A stretch of DNA of 64,000 nt from Lytechinus pictus (taxonomy: Eukaryota), in NCBI RefSeq assembly GCF_037042905.1, contig NC_087251.1, positions 9,984,001 to 10,048,000 of the forward strand, written 5' to 3'. The notes under the pieces are model-generated. The model did no database searches. It worked only from the letters and a program-made list of their open reading frames with translations, and was not told the origin of the DNA. Shown piece by piece: positions 1 through 15,783 of this stretch (positions are counted from its first letter, which is position 1; each line of letters starts with the position of its first letter). A program made the position numbers and the translations under genes.

Positions 1-3000
1 GCAGAAGGAGATTGACTTTGAAAAAAAAAAGTCAACCCCAAATTGTAGCTGACTTTTGATTGTCAAAACTGGTTTTCAAAAAGCTTCTTCCTTTTATTTA
101 TGACATTGCAGACAAAATGGTATAAATTTCTCACTCATGTCGAATACATCTTTTTTATGAGAAATATTGTAAAGTCATATTTTCAAAAAGATGAATGAAA
201 ATAGATTGAGTTTTTTTTTGAAAATCATTGTTTTAATGAATTATAACCTTTTTTTATTAACTGAAATATTACAACCCTATTTGAAGTTCTTAGCAGATGG
301 TTGTGCTTTACAGAAATCGTGATTTTTGTAAATTTATCAAATGCCCCTTGATATTTTTAAGAAAGAAAGATAAAAATATGTCACATCGTGATGTCATCAT
401 CAAATTGGCACGACTACCAAATATCCAGGGTGGTATATTTTTGTAAGTTACCCTGAGGGTGTAGATTAGATAATGATGATGATTAATTATTCCATCATCG
501 CTGAATGTCTCTCTTTGTCACCATTTTCAATAACAACATACCTGGGCCCATTTGTTGAGCAGGGGACATGAAGGGAAATTTCAAGGTGAACAATTCTTCC
601 TTCTTTTGTTGAGTTATCAAACCTTGTGATGATGAATATAAATCATGTTTAATGAGGAATGTTTTCCTTTGATGTAGATGTTATGATTCATAATGGTTCA
701 TAGTCCTGATAGCCTACTGGGAAGTAAGTGCACAGAAAAAAAAATTATACTACGATATAAATCATTTGATATTTGTAAAGGTTTATTGTTGTATTTTCTA
801 AGTTTGATATCGGATACAGAATTGATTTGATATAAGACCATTTAGACTTTGCAAATGTATTTTACCCTTTTCATGATGCATGATAAACAAGTATGTAAGA
901 AATATAAGGAAGCATGTAAGAAATCTAAAGTATGTCACTCCTGTCTGTTAGATATTATACTAACCAGACTCCTAGCAGTCAACAATAATTACTCTGACCT
1001 TAGTTCAGCATAGCTGCTTAGTGGTTCTATTGCATGTTCTGGGTCATATTTGGCAAATCCAGACCAATGCATTGCCAAAATACTTAAGAGGGATTTGAAC
1101 TATGTATATTCAAAGACCATATTGTTATCTACTAGACCAAGACACCATTACATCTGATTCTCGGTCAACACAAACCTATGTCCAGGTATACTCCTTGATT
1201 AAGAAGTCCTTTGACATTTTTCACTCTACACTTTCTATTCTTAGAATCCTATATGAGGTAGTTGTATGCACCCATGAGAGTATCTCTGTCATCCTAAAGA
1301 CCCATTGTTCTTAAGTTTCCTTTTTTTTCATTCTCATACCTACATGCTAAAGGCCAGAGATCTTGTCAGAGTTTCCCCTTCTAAATCTTTCCTCACTCTC
1401 CCATCTCTTTCCCATCTACATAATGGATCAATAGTAGTAAGTATTTAATCCCAGGTTCCGAAGTGAATCCAGAGTTATTCTCATATTCTCTATCTTGGTG
1501 TTAAAATCAGTTGAAAGTCGATTTGTAAATTATCAAATAGTGCAAGACTTTGCATTACAGGTTGTTTCTCAAAGATTTTTTTTCTTCCTTAATTTTGTCT
1601 GAATTTGTTATGAATTTCAGATATCTATGATTTGTATCCTGGCAGAGAAAGTGCTCTACTTCAAAGCGTATTCCTGTGAAGATTAAGTTTGCCTTGATTT
1701 TCCCCTTTCCCCTTTCAAATAATTCTGGGACAATGTTAAAAGTGTTTGCTCACACTAGAGAGGTATCCTTTTTTTCTTTCGCTCTTATATTTCTTTGAAT
1801 TTTATAAAAATAACCTTTCCCTTTCTTCCTGTGTGCTAACAACTTACCCTAGGTGAAACACCTTAAAAACTCAGGTGGCTCTTTATCTTGGCTTACAGCC
1901 ATATTTGCTCCAGTTTGGATTAATCTTTTTTTTCGGCCTTATGATTTTTGTGGTTTGTTTTTCAATATTGGAAAGTAGAAGTTGTGTGGTAAAGAAAATC
2001 ACTGACAAAAATGACCTAACACAAGAAATATATATTCAGATTATGAAAATGCATATCTGAAATTTAGCAACATCAATAATGTTTCATTATTGTCAGAAAC
2101 AGTTCAAGAAATCAGACTGAGTATCAAATTACATATCAGATAAAAATTAAATTTGGCCCTCACTGAACTTTCAGGGAAGAGGAAATCATTTACATGTACA
2201 ATGCTGGCAAAGAAAAGTTTGAAAGAAAGAAAAACTGACTTTACGTTGTATAAATATGTAGTGTATGAAAGATATTTGTGGAGTCTTGTCTCTCAACCAT
2301 TGATCATGCTGATGTTTTATTTTAGATTTGTCCTTGTGGTGATCTGAGATTAGGGAGAAGAGAAGAAAGAAAGGAAAAATCTATATTTATGTAATCTTAT
2401 GTTATGTTGCTATAGGGGTAGTAAAATTCACTTGGAAAGGAGATGGAGGAGAGAGAGAGAGAGAGAGAAGGGGAGGCTGAGGGGGGGGGTGGGAGATTAC
2501 AAGAGTTAGTGGTGATCTTGAAGGGTTGCCCAATAATCTGGCCCATTGGAATAATAAAAATGGTGCATTTCCTGGCTTGGCACATGACTGTATACATGAT
2601 GTTAATCTATTGACGTCAAAAGCACCAGGAAGAGTGTGAATAATCACCAGGTCACTTCTTTCTTGCTGATGTTCCAGGGTAGTCAGAAAGTCAGAAGTTT
2701 CCAACTTCGGATCTAGATGCTCCCCTAAGAGAATCCAACCGCTCATTTGTTTCTAGACCATGACTATCGCAATGCTTTCTCATGGTTTCCTATTTCTGTA
2801 GGTTTTTGTATCCCTCAAACCTGTTCCTAATTCAAGCTTCCTTCGTTCTTTGCCATTGTATTATTTTCTTCAATTCATCATGCAGGCATCTCATGAACAG
2901 GAGAAAATACGGCATATTTTCAGCTATTTTGTAGCTATACAGTTTTTCATGAATATCAAACTTTCAGTGTGCCTTTGATATTTATTCCAGTTATTATTTT

Positions 3001-3440
3001 TATGTAAAGGGGTCAGTTTATATAAAGTAGAGTAAAAACAATATTATCAAGTATCAAAGATGAAAAGAAAATACAATTTGTATGTCATGTCCAAGAACAA
3101 TTGGAGAAGGGGGACAAGATAAATGATAATACTGAGAAGAGTGAAAAAACAATTATTTATGAAGGAAGGTAGAACGTGAAGGACAGTCAACATGTAAGTG
3201 TATTATCTCGTTTTTAAATGCAGAAATATATTTCATAGCAGGGTATAAGTAGTATATTGTATTAACGTTATGGTCTGTAGCCCCTTCTCATTCCATCACA
3301 TACTCTGAATATTTGCACTATTTCAATCGTAGACGCTTCCTCCACCCCCTTTGCATCTCAACAGTGAGAAATGGATAAATCATTTATCAAATAACCATTT
3401 TTTTCTCTATGTCTTTGATCTGTTTCTTTTGTCTGTTCAG

Positions 3441-3599
3441 GATATGATGAAGCATTACAAGGAGGAGCAGGGGCGGGACGTTATCGCCAGGGCACTTAAG
3501 TCAATGACTAACGTGGCATGGCACATCAATGATATGAAGAGAAAACATGAGGCCTCCGTCCATGTCCAGGAGATACAGAGTCAGTTACATGGATGGCAG
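3441..3599 (+). CDS. PLEKHG1: PLEKHG1/2/3-family RhoGEF, internal exon (end of DH domain and linker); gene 5' part not seen in window
   Basis: Polypyrimidine tract + ttcag acceptor, 159 nt, donor gtaggt. Encodes DMMKHY...SMTNVAWHINDMKRKHEASVHVQEIQSQLHGWQ, matching the recalled PLEKHG1/3 motif VAWxINDMKRKHE..EIQS. The symbol denotes the family; the exact vertebrate paralogue cannot be resolved. Confidence 0.9.
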
Positions 3600-6500
3600 G
3601 TAGGTTTGAGATGGAGAGAGAATGAGGAGTGGATAGGGCTTTCTTACACCTGACCCCCTGAGGGCACTTTGTTACATTTGTTATGAAATAACAAATGCTA
3701 GAATTTATGAAAAATTTTCCCTAAAGCATGTCAAATTTGATGATTTTTGTACCTTACAATAAAAAATACAAACGGAGCATGCAACTTGCTGTTGATATCA
3801 CGCTTTGGGAAATGTGCTCAGAAATATATGAGAAAATCCAGTTCCTTAAAAGGTTTTGACATTCATTCTTTTTGTTGCAGTATCCTGCAAAGTTGCATGA
3901 CTATCTCAATTTAGGGAGAGGATTTGGAGATACTGTGAAAGTCCACATGCTCTTACTTTTGCATTGTATATTTTCTGAAGTTCAGATTTGTATGTTTGAA
4001 AAACTTTTAAAAGAAAATGATTTGTTGCGAATGCCTTAAAACATTAAACAATATCTGTTGTTGGCATTCCTTTGCGCTTTAAAAGGAATGAGGAGGTGAT
4101 TCATTTTAGTTAAAACACCTGTTTTTATGAGCTGGGAGGGAAGATGTCTGCACAGTGATGTGAATGAAAAAGATCCCCCAATGTTCCCCTTTGCAGACAT
4201 GACGCATGAAGCAGGTAAGATGGCAGTAACCATGGAAACAGATGACTTTCATGGATATTATAACTAGTTACTAGTCATGAGTAACCATCTTCTGGTATTT
4301 TTCTAAAATGTCTAGTGTCTAAGACCTGGGCCACTGGGGTTGACATCATATACTTTTGAGGAACTGGATTTATCTCAGCAATATTTGTAGTTTGATAAAA
4401 GTCAACATCAATAGTAAATCACATTCTGAATTCTGATTATGATCCATCACTGTATATTAGTTTGGTAACATTTTTGAGAATTATTTTTAGAACAGTACAC
4501 ATTGGGGCAAAATGTAGTTTGTAGATTCTTCATATTTTTGTCATTACACCATGCATGAGATTGGTTTCTTCCAATCAATAACCAGCCTGGCCATTCTGGA
4601 GTCAAAGATCCCACCAATTTTCCATGTTCCGGCAAGAAGAGTCTGAAAAATCATGGCTTCCTTACAAATATCCTTCCCTGATTTCTCCTTCTGATGCTGT
4701 CTCTTCCTTTCCTTTTGGTTTGTTGTAATTTGGAGTTGAGACTTTAATCTTTCAATCTAAAGGATGTGTATTGAGAAGATGACAGAGGCTCAACTATTTT
4801 GACCCATCATGGATGCCTTGGATGTTTGAAGAGTGTCTTAAAGGTACCACTCTGAAGGTTGCCATTAAAACTGTTTCTGTTGATTCATATTATTCCATCA
4901 ATTTGTAAGGAATATCCTTGATGTAGTTGTCAGGTTTGGCTATTTCTAGATTTTTTTAACATATTTTGTTTTTTATTTCTCTGATATAAATAGATTTCCA
5001 TGGTGTGGGGGGGGGGGAGGATTTTGATCGAATCATATTGATGAAGTAATACCCTTTACAGTATTCACCCAAGACCGAGACCTAGGTGTCTTTTCATGAG
5101 TTCACTCAATATCTTCATTTGAAAAAATCTACTTTGATCGTTGGAATTTGTTTGGTTTTTTAAATACCAGTTTTCCTTTAAATATATCTGCAGTTTGTAT
5201 TTTGTAATTTCTCTACACAACAGCTCTTAAAAGTCATTCAAAGGTTGAAATAAAAGAATTATACTCTAAAGGTGACTGAGGTGAAGCAATTTATGAACCA
5301 TAACAGAGAATAAGGAAGTGGGTGAAATGTTTTTGAAGACAACCCTCTACTTCCTTGGGCTGGCCATGATAACGCACGCCTAGAATATTTATGAGACGCT
5401 TTACAGAGAGGGTAGTTGGTTGTTCAGGTTATAAAACAACACATATCAAGTAGTTGTGAAGTTTGTTTTTCTGGAGTGGTTTGGATAGGAAAAGGAGACT
5501 GGGAGTGTCTTATCTTCATCTGATGCAAGCATTCTAGGTTAATTGGGACAGGGTCAAGGAACATTTGTCATTGGAACATCATGTTCTGGGAAAATCTCTC
5601 TGACATTTCAGATGAAGTTCAACAGGCAAAGGATGAGAAAGTGATATGTTTTTTTTCATCAGTACTTTGTCTTTGGTTAATATTTAATGCCTAAATCTTG
5701 TCAATAATGTACTAAAATAAGAAAATTATGATAAATTGTTTTGGTGTTGTAAGGTTTTTCCACAATAGAAGAAATTACCATTATGGGGCAGCATATGCAT
5801 GACAGTCTTAATGTACATGATTGTAGTTCTAGACTGAACTTGCTCAAAGGATTTTTACTTTTTGTTTATAATCACCAATTCATGTACGTTAAGCAGTGTC
5901 TTGATAGAGCATTTTAGATCTTGCAAAGTTAAATTGTCAAAGGATTTTTTTTATTTAGGCATCAGGAAATTGTGGAAAAGTTTACTTAATTTGCCCCCTA
6001 ATGTGCTTGTCTTTTTACAGTATGAATCCCCAATTGTGTATGTCTCATCAGAAAAGCATTCATTATTGCCTCCCCTTCTCTGGGTTTTTTTTATCTCAAT
6101 GATTCTCTGTCCCACCCTTACTTGTTTGGTTTTACATGTTTAAGTATTGCATGTTTGCTGCTCTCCCATTAAACTTGACTCTTCCAACTAATTACTTAGT
6201 TCTATTCTACCTATTTTGATTTTTTTACTTCTCATTGATGATCAATCTTTTTTCTTTCCCTTTTTTAAGTTTTTTATCTCCCATTCTCCCCAAATACTTG
6301 CTTTTCCTTTCCAATACTCATTTCTCCCTCTCAATTTATCCAGATCCATGTGCTGTATTTATTTTTCCTTTCCTCTTTTATTTCAATATTTCTCTCCCTG
6401 TGTCTCTGTCTGTCATTCTCTCTCTCACACACTGATTATTAACCCCATTCCTTCGTTCTTCATTTATCGATGTCATAATTATCTTAAGATATACCTCTCT

Positions 6501-9500
6501 GCAAATAAGTACAGCTGTTGTCTCTTTCCCCCATTGATTGAATTAACCCATCCAGTTGTCTCACCAATTCTGTATGGTTGCTATGATTGGAAATAGCACA
6601 TTTTTCACCGCAGATTCTCTGTTGATTCAATTCATTTTTATCTGAGGGACTTTAAACTGTGACTGACGAAAATTTTACCTTTTTATTTGTTTCTTTGTTC
6701 CAAACTTTTCTCTCCTAGATTCATTCACAAAATTATTTATATTGATATCTTGTTCTGTATGTGGTAAATAACAAATGTTATTTCCTTGCAATTTACCATT
6801 GAATAGAAATCTTAAAGACAATTCCATTAGCCTACAGACTCATCTTATCTCTGCTTGGATAAGAATTAAAAGTTGATGATTTAAGGAACATCTCTAGTAA
6901 GTAAGGAACTGAACCAAGATGAGACTAATATCCCTTTAAAAACAAGGTTGATAAGTGTGTTATTATGCCCTTTCATACTCATACCTGTACTTTAAAGATG
7001 AAAGAGTGATCTTCTGTTTATAATTGAGTTTGCTGACAGATGAAATACATCCTTAAAGAATACCCGCAGATTAGAACAAGATTATAGCATGGGGATGTTT
7101 CAGAAAGATGCTTGTAAAGTTACCCCAGTCATTTCTTATTGCATGGGATAAAAGTTAAGAGTGCACATGCTATGCACCATTCTAATTTCTTAAAACACAT
7201 TTTATTGGAAAGCATATTTGCTATAATGAAGATGAAATTGTTTGAAATAACAGCTAAACTTTGTTAATGGTTAAAAGAAAATTTGAGTTCATAATGAAAA
7301 AAAAATAGATTTTAATAGTTGGATAAAAAATTATTTGTATTACTGATAATAGAATGTAGGAAAACTTGTAATTCTAAATGGGGGTTTGCAGAAATTCTGC
7401 AATGAGCTGATTACCTTATAGAGAGGGGGATTTAGTATTAAGAAAGGGTGCTATGAAATGAGATACGTGAATTTCAGCTTTCCTGTGAGATTAGAGATAT
7501 TGAATGAATATAGAGAAAAGATTTGACTTTACCAGAAGATGCACATTGTGTAGATATGAGAGATAGAGTATAAAGGGATCACTTTTATGTCAAGTATGTT
7601 TAAAGCCGAAGCTGTAAGAAAATATGTCAGGCAAATCTAGGGTCTTTCCTGTTCCAGAATTCATGAATATTGAACTTTTTTATAAATTGCATGTTATGCC
7701 ATGGATTATGGATTTCAGTAGGGTACGAGTGAAGGAAAAGAAAGAAATAGATACATTGGTAGGTTGATACATTTAGGAAGGTAACAAGAACAAGTGGATG
7801 GAAAGATAAGGGGACAAAATGAGTCAGTGAGAGAGAGAGAGAGAGAGAAAGAATGAAGAGGAATCAGAAAAGTTAAAGCACCCTAACGAAAAATAGTATT
7901 GAATGTACTGGGTTAATATGTTGGTGAGCTAAAATTAGCTTGATATTGATATTTATTTCCCTTGAGGGTAACCTAATAACCTTATTACTCTTTGTCATAA
8001 AACCTTGGAGAAACATAGATCAAGTAGAAGTTCCTTTCACCCATTTTCGAAAATTCTAAAATGTGTACTTTTCTTTGCAGCTTAGTATACTTCTGAAGGC
8101 AATGTATGGCTTTTAGAAAGTTCATTGACTCGTCCCTCTTTCCTCCATATTTTAATGAGGGGGAGAAATGTGAAATGAATATAGAAAGTTATTATTTTTT
8201 GAAGAACCTCAGTGATACAAATCAGTACATGATGTATATTTAGGCTTTGAATATTCACAAATTAGAAAATAATCATTGTGATCATCTTTGATCATTTAAT
8301 GTTCATTTCTAGATTTCTGTCCATTGATAATCTCAAATTCTCTTGTTAACCTAGGAACGCATTAGAGGAAAAAGTCCAATTTATGGGCTGGATCATTCAG
8401 TAACTTTGTTTTCTGATCTTAGAGACAGTATGAATTAGCACTAATTCTGTTCTTTCAGCATACCCTTAATAAGTCCCCCTTTGCTAGGAACTCTCATAAT
8501 GTAATCAGTTTGTATCACATCAGACTACCAGAAGTCTTTGACCATCCTTGGGATACAAGGAGACAGCTTGAAGAATTAATTTAGTAACCTATCACTGAGT
8601 CGTGGTAAGACCCTAATAGAAATAAACTAATCCAATAGCTCAAACCGGAAGATATCCTCAGGCCTGGCTAAAGCCGGGATAGGAAGAGTTTGATCACTGA
8701 ATTAGATCACTAAACACTCTCAAGGTTTTCCTTCTATCTTGTGGATGGTATGGGCAGAGAGATTTCCACCTACCTCATGTGGATTTATGAAAACTTTGAA
8801 AAATAAAATCCCTGTGTCGATATTTCAAGGTGATTGGGAAATATTTACAAATATTCAAGAAAATTCTTAAAGAACTTAGAGACATTGCTTATATATCATT
8901 TGTTATATAAAAGCAAAGTATCTTTATCACTTTCATTCTATATTTGAAGGAAAATTAGAAATCAGTCTTCAGAGATCAATTGAAAATCATTTATTGAAAT
9001 TGAATAATTAATTTTTACTCATATGACTATCCATGCAATTGTAAAATTTCTGAATGGGGATTTCTATATATGCAGTCATGTTTTAGACAGGTCATGTATT
9101 TTTTCTTAAAAATAATGAGTGACAAACTAAATTGGGTTTTGAATTCAAATATTGCTTTATGTGTATAAACATGTACATAAAAGATGTCATGTTTTCTAAT
9201 ATCCAATCAATCATTAACAAGCAATGAACCTTGGAACTAGGCAGTAAAAGAGAATTTGTTATATTTCCAGATACCTTGGGTAGACAAAGTACTACTAAAG
9301 GTACAGTTATCGTGTGCTGAAATGTCATGTCAGTCTGTAAAAGGAGCTCATCTAAGGCCCTAAATTCTAGTTTTCAAGGAAGAATGATATTAAATCCTTC
9401 ATAAACAAAGACGTTACCAAGGTAACTGTACAACACCAGCAATATGAGTGTGTTTGGTGATGACAATAAAGTTTGATATATTGTGGTTTCTTAATTGGAG

Positions 9501-11607
9501 GATTTCCTATGTGCTAAAAGAATGGTCTCCTTGAACATGATGTCTTCCCTAAACATGAAATTCCAGGGTTGTATTTTGAGTGATACTCCCGAGGTCATTA
9601 ATGTGAAGAGAGTAATTTTGACAAAAATTGATCCATAACAAAGAGAGAGCAAGATAATTGATGGGCATTATACCCTCTCAGCCAGTGTATAATTATGTCA
9701 AGTTCATTCTCTTTTGAGTAAAACAACTCCTTTTCATCACAGGACCCCCCCCCCTCCTCCAATTTGTAGTTTTAATTTGTTTTCAGTTTTATCACATCAA
9801 TATTACAGAGAGATTTGTAGATTGGAATTGCTCTGCTATCAGAGTTAGATCTGAAATCATTGTCTGCAGATTTGATGAATCTTTTTTTACCCCTTTCATT
9901 TGTCTTGAAAATGTGAAATTTACTTCAACATGACTGTAGAGATGATTAAAATATTATTCAGATGGTATAGTTTGAGTTTCTGAAATATTAAAATATTATT
10001 GGGCCAGTTATGTTTTATCCCTCATTACTTCAATGCTATATAATTTTCTCATCAACAATTGCTTGGAAATAACCCTTCCCCCTTCTCTTTATCTCATGAA
10101 TTACCCAGGAAATGTTCTTTAGGACCATCATCAATATTTGAATCATGGTCCATGTTCTGGTATTATGAACCATCTAAAATTTGTTTAATATTTGACTTTA
10201 TCGTTTTCTGATCCAGTTTCATCCAATTCACCTTCCTTCTGATAGTCATTAGCACTATTGAAGTTTGTTTGTTTATCTGTCTGTCTGTCTGGGGAAAGGA
10301 ATGTCTCACTGTCGTGATGGCATTAGTTATAAGCAAATAGCTGACTGGACAGAAAAAATAAATGATAAATAATATATTTTTGTGAGTTGTGCAGGGATTG
10401 AGGTTCTAATGAGGAAGCTTTAAAAACATGAGATAGTTTGACTTGACAGTTTTCACTACCTAGCCTATCAGATTCTCATCTTGTGTAACTCTATATGATG
10501 AAGCCTAAGTATATAGTAATCAAAATAAAATATTTGATTTTTTACTACTTAAATATTAGAACTTTTTATTCCTATTTTGTCTATTTGCCACCATCCCATG
10601 CCATAATCTGTGATGTCATGCTATGTATGACATATCAACAAAGTGTCACTTCTTAAATGTCAAACAGAAAATAAAGAAATACCGTTTATGCAATATTCCA
10701 CATTTTAGGTTTAAAGCTTCTGTAATAATTCTGCTATGGATGCAATTAAAAGTGACAAGTGTCCAGCTCATATTGGTTTGAAAATGCAGGAAAAGGAAAA
10801 CTCCAAGTAGGTTACTGAAACCATCTTGAAATAATACACAGCTGGAGACGGAGAGTAGGAGTAAATGTAAAACAGCTTTCTTCATCTTACAAGTTTGAAT
10901 TCAAGTATTTTTAATGCTAGCAGACCTTTACCCTCTCTTGTCTTGAAATACTTTTATTGGCTCCTCATTTGTGTATTTTGATGCTTTAGTCCAAGTTATA
11001 GGGAGATTTCAAACATATGCTAGGTGGTAGTCGATGTAAGGTATTTTACATATCTCTTTGTTTTATTCTGAAAGAATAATGAAGGTGGTGGTTAAAACTT
11101 AAAGCAAAATTACATTAGGCAGACAATCATTGAAAATATGATGTTTGAATTTAATCCTGTCATATTTACTGAGTATTATGTCTTCAAATTTAAAAATAGA
11201 ATAGTTTGAATATAAAATTTAAGACTACAACGCTTTCAAAATTAATGAAAAGTGGAGTTGTTAGGCTAATTTTCCCCACCCTTGGCTTTTTATTTTTAAT
11301 AGCCCAAATGAAATAAGATACAGCTTACTTTAAAAAAAAGGTGCTTTGATGCAAAACAAAAACAAAATGGATTCTACACAGGTCAATCTTCAGCCATATT
11401 GGTTTGAACTGGGCAGGCAGGAAGCCCTCTTCTCTCCTGTCAGATCTAATCGAGGTGAGGAGGGGGGCCCCCCTTACTCTCTGGTTAAAAGGTTTAGTTT
11501 CTGTTCTTACTTCCTCTCCCTTCTTCTGACTCACCTCCTCCCAGTGGGTGCAGACTTCTTATCTTATTACCCCATCAGTTTAACTTGAACTTAGCCAATC
11601 AAAACGT

Positions 11608-11715
11608 ACAGAGACATAAAGAGAGAGGCAGAGAGAAAGAAAGAGAGAGGGAGAGTAGGGGAGAGAATAGGGAAGAGAGAGACAAGCAGAGAGAGAGAGA
11701 AAGAATGAAGAGAGA
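11608..11715. repeat. GA-rich polypurine tract
   Basis: Degenerate (GA)n; shorter tracts occur near 2449 and 7829. Confidence 0.8.
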
Positions 11716-12432
11716 TTTGAAGTTGTATAACAAAACAAACATTCAAAAATCCGTGGTCTAAAATGAAATATCAAAAGGGAAATTGATACCCTAACCACTA
11801 AAAACGACAGGAATTCTATTTCATAATGTACAATTTTTGAATGATGACAGATGAAAGTTTGCTCTCAGATATCTTCAAAGTCCTTTCATTAAGATGATGT
11901 TGTCACTCTGATATTCATATTTTTGAAATGTGATGAGGTACTGCATTTGTGCCTTCATATGTAATATATTTGCAGAAACATGATTAATGATGAAAAGCTA
12001 ATATGGTTGTTCCAACATAGATCAATGATATCAAAGAAAAACAGGATGAATGAATATGGAAAGATGATTGATGCATATAAATACAATTACTTCGCCTTAG
12101 TTGATATGTCTGTTATGGAGACGCCAAATAATTCAGTGTCTTTTAAATCAGTCTTCTTAAATGATTCACAGATGTATAGATGAACAATAAGGTTTATAAA
12201 CTATTTCAATATTAGTTGAGAAGTCTACATCCTACCCTACAAATTTGATAAGGAAATTTGACATTGAAAAATATTTTGGGGACCTTTTGTTATGACTGGA
12301 CCATCTAAAATTTCATTGTAGTTAAATTTTATGGAAATCAGTTGAATTCTTATGATAAATTTACTTAAGGAAATGATATCACTATTCAAAAAAAGAAAAA
12401 AAATGATTGCGAGGCCTACTCTTCATTATAAG

Positions 12433-12597
12433 CAAGGGTGGATCCAAGATTTTACATTAGAAATATATGCTTTAACTTTCAAAAGGGGGGGGGGGCACAC
12501 TTGTATAAAAACAACATATTTACACTAAAAATATTGACTATGTCTCTCAAGGGGGAGGGGGCACAGGTGTGCCTCCCCCTCCCTGGATCCGTCACTG
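12433..12597. mobile_element. hAT-like MITE with 8-bp TSD
   Basis: Imperfect TIRs CAAGGGTGGATCCA / TGGATCCGTCACTG, internal poly-G tracts, ATTATAAG repeated at 12425-12432 and 12598-12605. Confidence 0.8.
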
Positions 12598-14024
12598 ATT
12601 ATAAGTATACAGTTTTTCATTTTCTATAACTGCTATTTCATTGTAAGTTACATTTATTTTTTATCTGTATTGGATCGTCATGAAAGAAATAAGTTTTGAT
12701 TTTTTTCAGTCCAGAGTGGGCATGAGCTTGAGGATGAGATTGATATTTCAACCACCCAAATAGGAAATTTAGCAGTAATGGTGAATTTACAATACAAGAT
12801 TAGATTTCAACGATAGTTAATGATTGTTTTTAGAACCATCAAGTGATCTTGTTTAGGATATTTTGATGCATCTGTTTGACAGTTGTTCCATCCCCATATC
12901 CCATGTGGAGTATGTTATGTGGGTGAAGTTCAATTCCAAGTGATATTAATGTCTTGTTATTTCTCTTTTGGGAATAGTCAATGCCATGGTTGATGTTGTT
13001 TGGTCTAACATTGGCATCTCAAGGATAGGTGGATATAGTGTTGCATTGCTCTGAGAAGAAAATTGAATTAATTAAACCATTTGGACTTACAAATTATTTC
13101 TTGAACAAGTTGGGGGAGTAATGGATGGAAGAAAAAGTAATTGAGAAAAAAAAGATGGGTGAATTCAAAAGTTGTTCTTTATTGCTTTTGTACATGTAAT
13201 CACAATGAGTATCAGAGCGAAATAGGGTCATTCAATTTCTTAGAAATGTAATTGTATATTGGACAGACATCAGTGATTCTAAAGTATTTGAATAATAAAC
13301 AATGCCTCTTTGAATGTAGTCAATTTATAATTATTGTACCTCTATTTACAAGTTTGCTTAAATCAATAAATACAAAAATGGAATAGGAAACCCGGCAATA
13401 TCAATTTTTGGCTTAGATATTACCTATGATTTGTAAATATTGTAATTTTGTATGATTTAATGAAATGCAGAAAAAAAGTCTGCTCATCTTATCAGGGAGA
13501 TGAAACTAAAGGAAGTCTCAAGGATGCACCAAGGTCACTTTAGAGTCTATCTCTTTTTTGTGTTGCCTAAAATATTGTTGATATGAAAATTATCAGTGAT
13601 CTCCAACATCTTGCATCAATGCCATTGATCTGTCATCTGTGTTCATCCTAGATTGACCATCTCAGGGATTTTGACCATGTCCAGTCCAGGATGACCATGT
13701 CTTCTGGGAGGGATTAAAAAATCTTTCTCCTTGATCCTTTCCTGTTATAATTTGTCTTTAAATCTGTGACATTTGCCCCAAAGCCTAATATGTTTTGAGC
13801 CATACAAACAAGCAAAGTCTCCACTCTAACTTTGGCTTGAATTGAATGTAGATTTCATTATAATCCAGAGGGATAATAACACATTTTTGTGTATTGAGTA
13901 CTCTTCAGATAATTTCATTTCCATTATTCTTGTATGGAGCAATCATGCATATGATGTTCTTGGTGTAAACAAAAATGAGAGAAATATATTAATAATTTTG
14001 TTTGTGTCTCTTTTTATATTTCAG

Positions 14025-14060
14025 GATGATCTGAATACTTATGGAGACCTTGTATTGGAG
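14025..14060 (+). CDS. PLEKHG1: PLEKHG-family exon, 36 nt, start of PH domain
   Basis: tttcag acceptor, gtaggt donor, phase 0-0. Encodes DDLNTYGDLVLE (family motif DLxxYGELVLE). Confidence 0.9.
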
Positions 14061-15783
14061 GTAGGTTTGATTTAAAATAAAAATCTTGTATTGAAAAGGC
14101 TTACATGTACATTAGATGAACAATATGATTTATGGGAAAAATGATATTGGCACTAATCATAGTTGTCCTATGGCCAGCAATGCAGATTTCTAAAATCTTA
14201 AACGTTCAGAAATGGGTATGACTAGATGAATAACTCCATTATCACTTTAGTTTATTAGTAACAAAAATAGATGGACAATTTTGTGTACAAATCCTGAAAA
14301 TTGAGTGGACTAAAATTATAATTTGATAAAAAACCAGATTATATGTGGGGTGAAGGGGAAAGATATGATAAATGAACTAGTCAAGTCTTGCCCTTGGCTG
14401 AAGATTAAGAGGGTGGTGGTAAAGGAGGGGGTTAGGAACCTTGAATGATAAGAAGAGAAAAGTTAGGAAATCTGTGAACTATAAAGAATATTTGAAGCTT
14501 CCTGTAGCGACATCATTAGCAAGAGGTCTCCCTCTAAAAACTATTTCTGGATCTAGATCTTGGATTACTGCCATGATGGCTTCCTTGGTCAATGTTGGAA
14601 TATTATGGGTTTGGTTGGGTGTTTTTTTTTGTCCTTTTATGAGTGTTATTTTTTATTTAAGTATTTTACTACGCACATTAATAATTGAATATTTGATAAA
14701 GTTTTGCTAATTGATACTTACAGATAATTTCAGAGATAGGAATTTCTGTCATTCATTTATTACTGACAAATTTATTCTTAAAATAAGGAACAAATTTACT
14801 TCCCCTCTCAAAAATTGTTTGATAAAAGTTCACAATCAGTGTCTATTTTAATTATAATTTGTACTTTGTGTTTCTGTGGCTTGTTTGATGGCAGTAATTT
14901 TTTCAAAGTAATCAAACATTCAAATATATTTCTAGTAAGAACGAATACATGATTGGAATTGTATGTGGTAAAATGAAAAATTATTCTTCAAAAGTATTTG
15001 TGAAGAATTGTAGACATCTTAGTCATTAGTATACATTCATCTGTACAGTGTTCTTGAATGAATTCCGATATCAGTTTCTCTTGTGGAGTTATAGATTCCA
15101 ACCTCATTCTGGTCATGTAGCAAAAGTGACCCAATTTGTTTTATTATTAAACTTGCTAGATGGAAAAAAACAAAAACAAGTAAAACAAATTAATATTGTC
15201 ATGCCATCAATTGAGGAAATGATCCAAGACACAAATTGCTACAATATCAAACTAGGTCACTCTGAGCTGATTCGGGTCAGAAATCATAATTAGTAAACAA
15301 TGCAACCAAGTATAAGTTTAAGGGAAAAATGAAATAATTAGTCAATCACACGTTTATTTCTGTTACACTCAATGAATATGAAGAATTTACAAATGAGAAA
15401 ATAACACCACAATGGACTAGTGCCAGAGTACATCTTGGCAAAAAGGTCATATTTGTGAATATGTTTGTAGATTATTAGATTCAACAAATTTATATGATAT
15501 GCCTTTACATTTGTTCAGTTCATAGTGTTTTTATTTGCATTTGTGTAGCAAACTATGTGTATTTATATATTTTTAATGAGGGGATAAATTCATATTAGGA
15601 CTAGTAACATTTATATTTGTTTTTGTTTTTTTAATCAAACTAATGAAAATAAAGAGTAATTATAATACAGATATTGACTATAAGTAACAATTTGGGAAGT
15701 TGCCTAAATGATGTTTTGTTCATACACTATATTAAATGAGCGAATGAATTAATTTTCACATACTTTATTTCTTGTTCAAACAG

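Noticed and set aside
3600..14070. Identical 10-nt donor GTAGGTTTGA on two consecutive introns
   Set aside because: Similarity does not extend further and half of it is splice consensus; compatible with chance.
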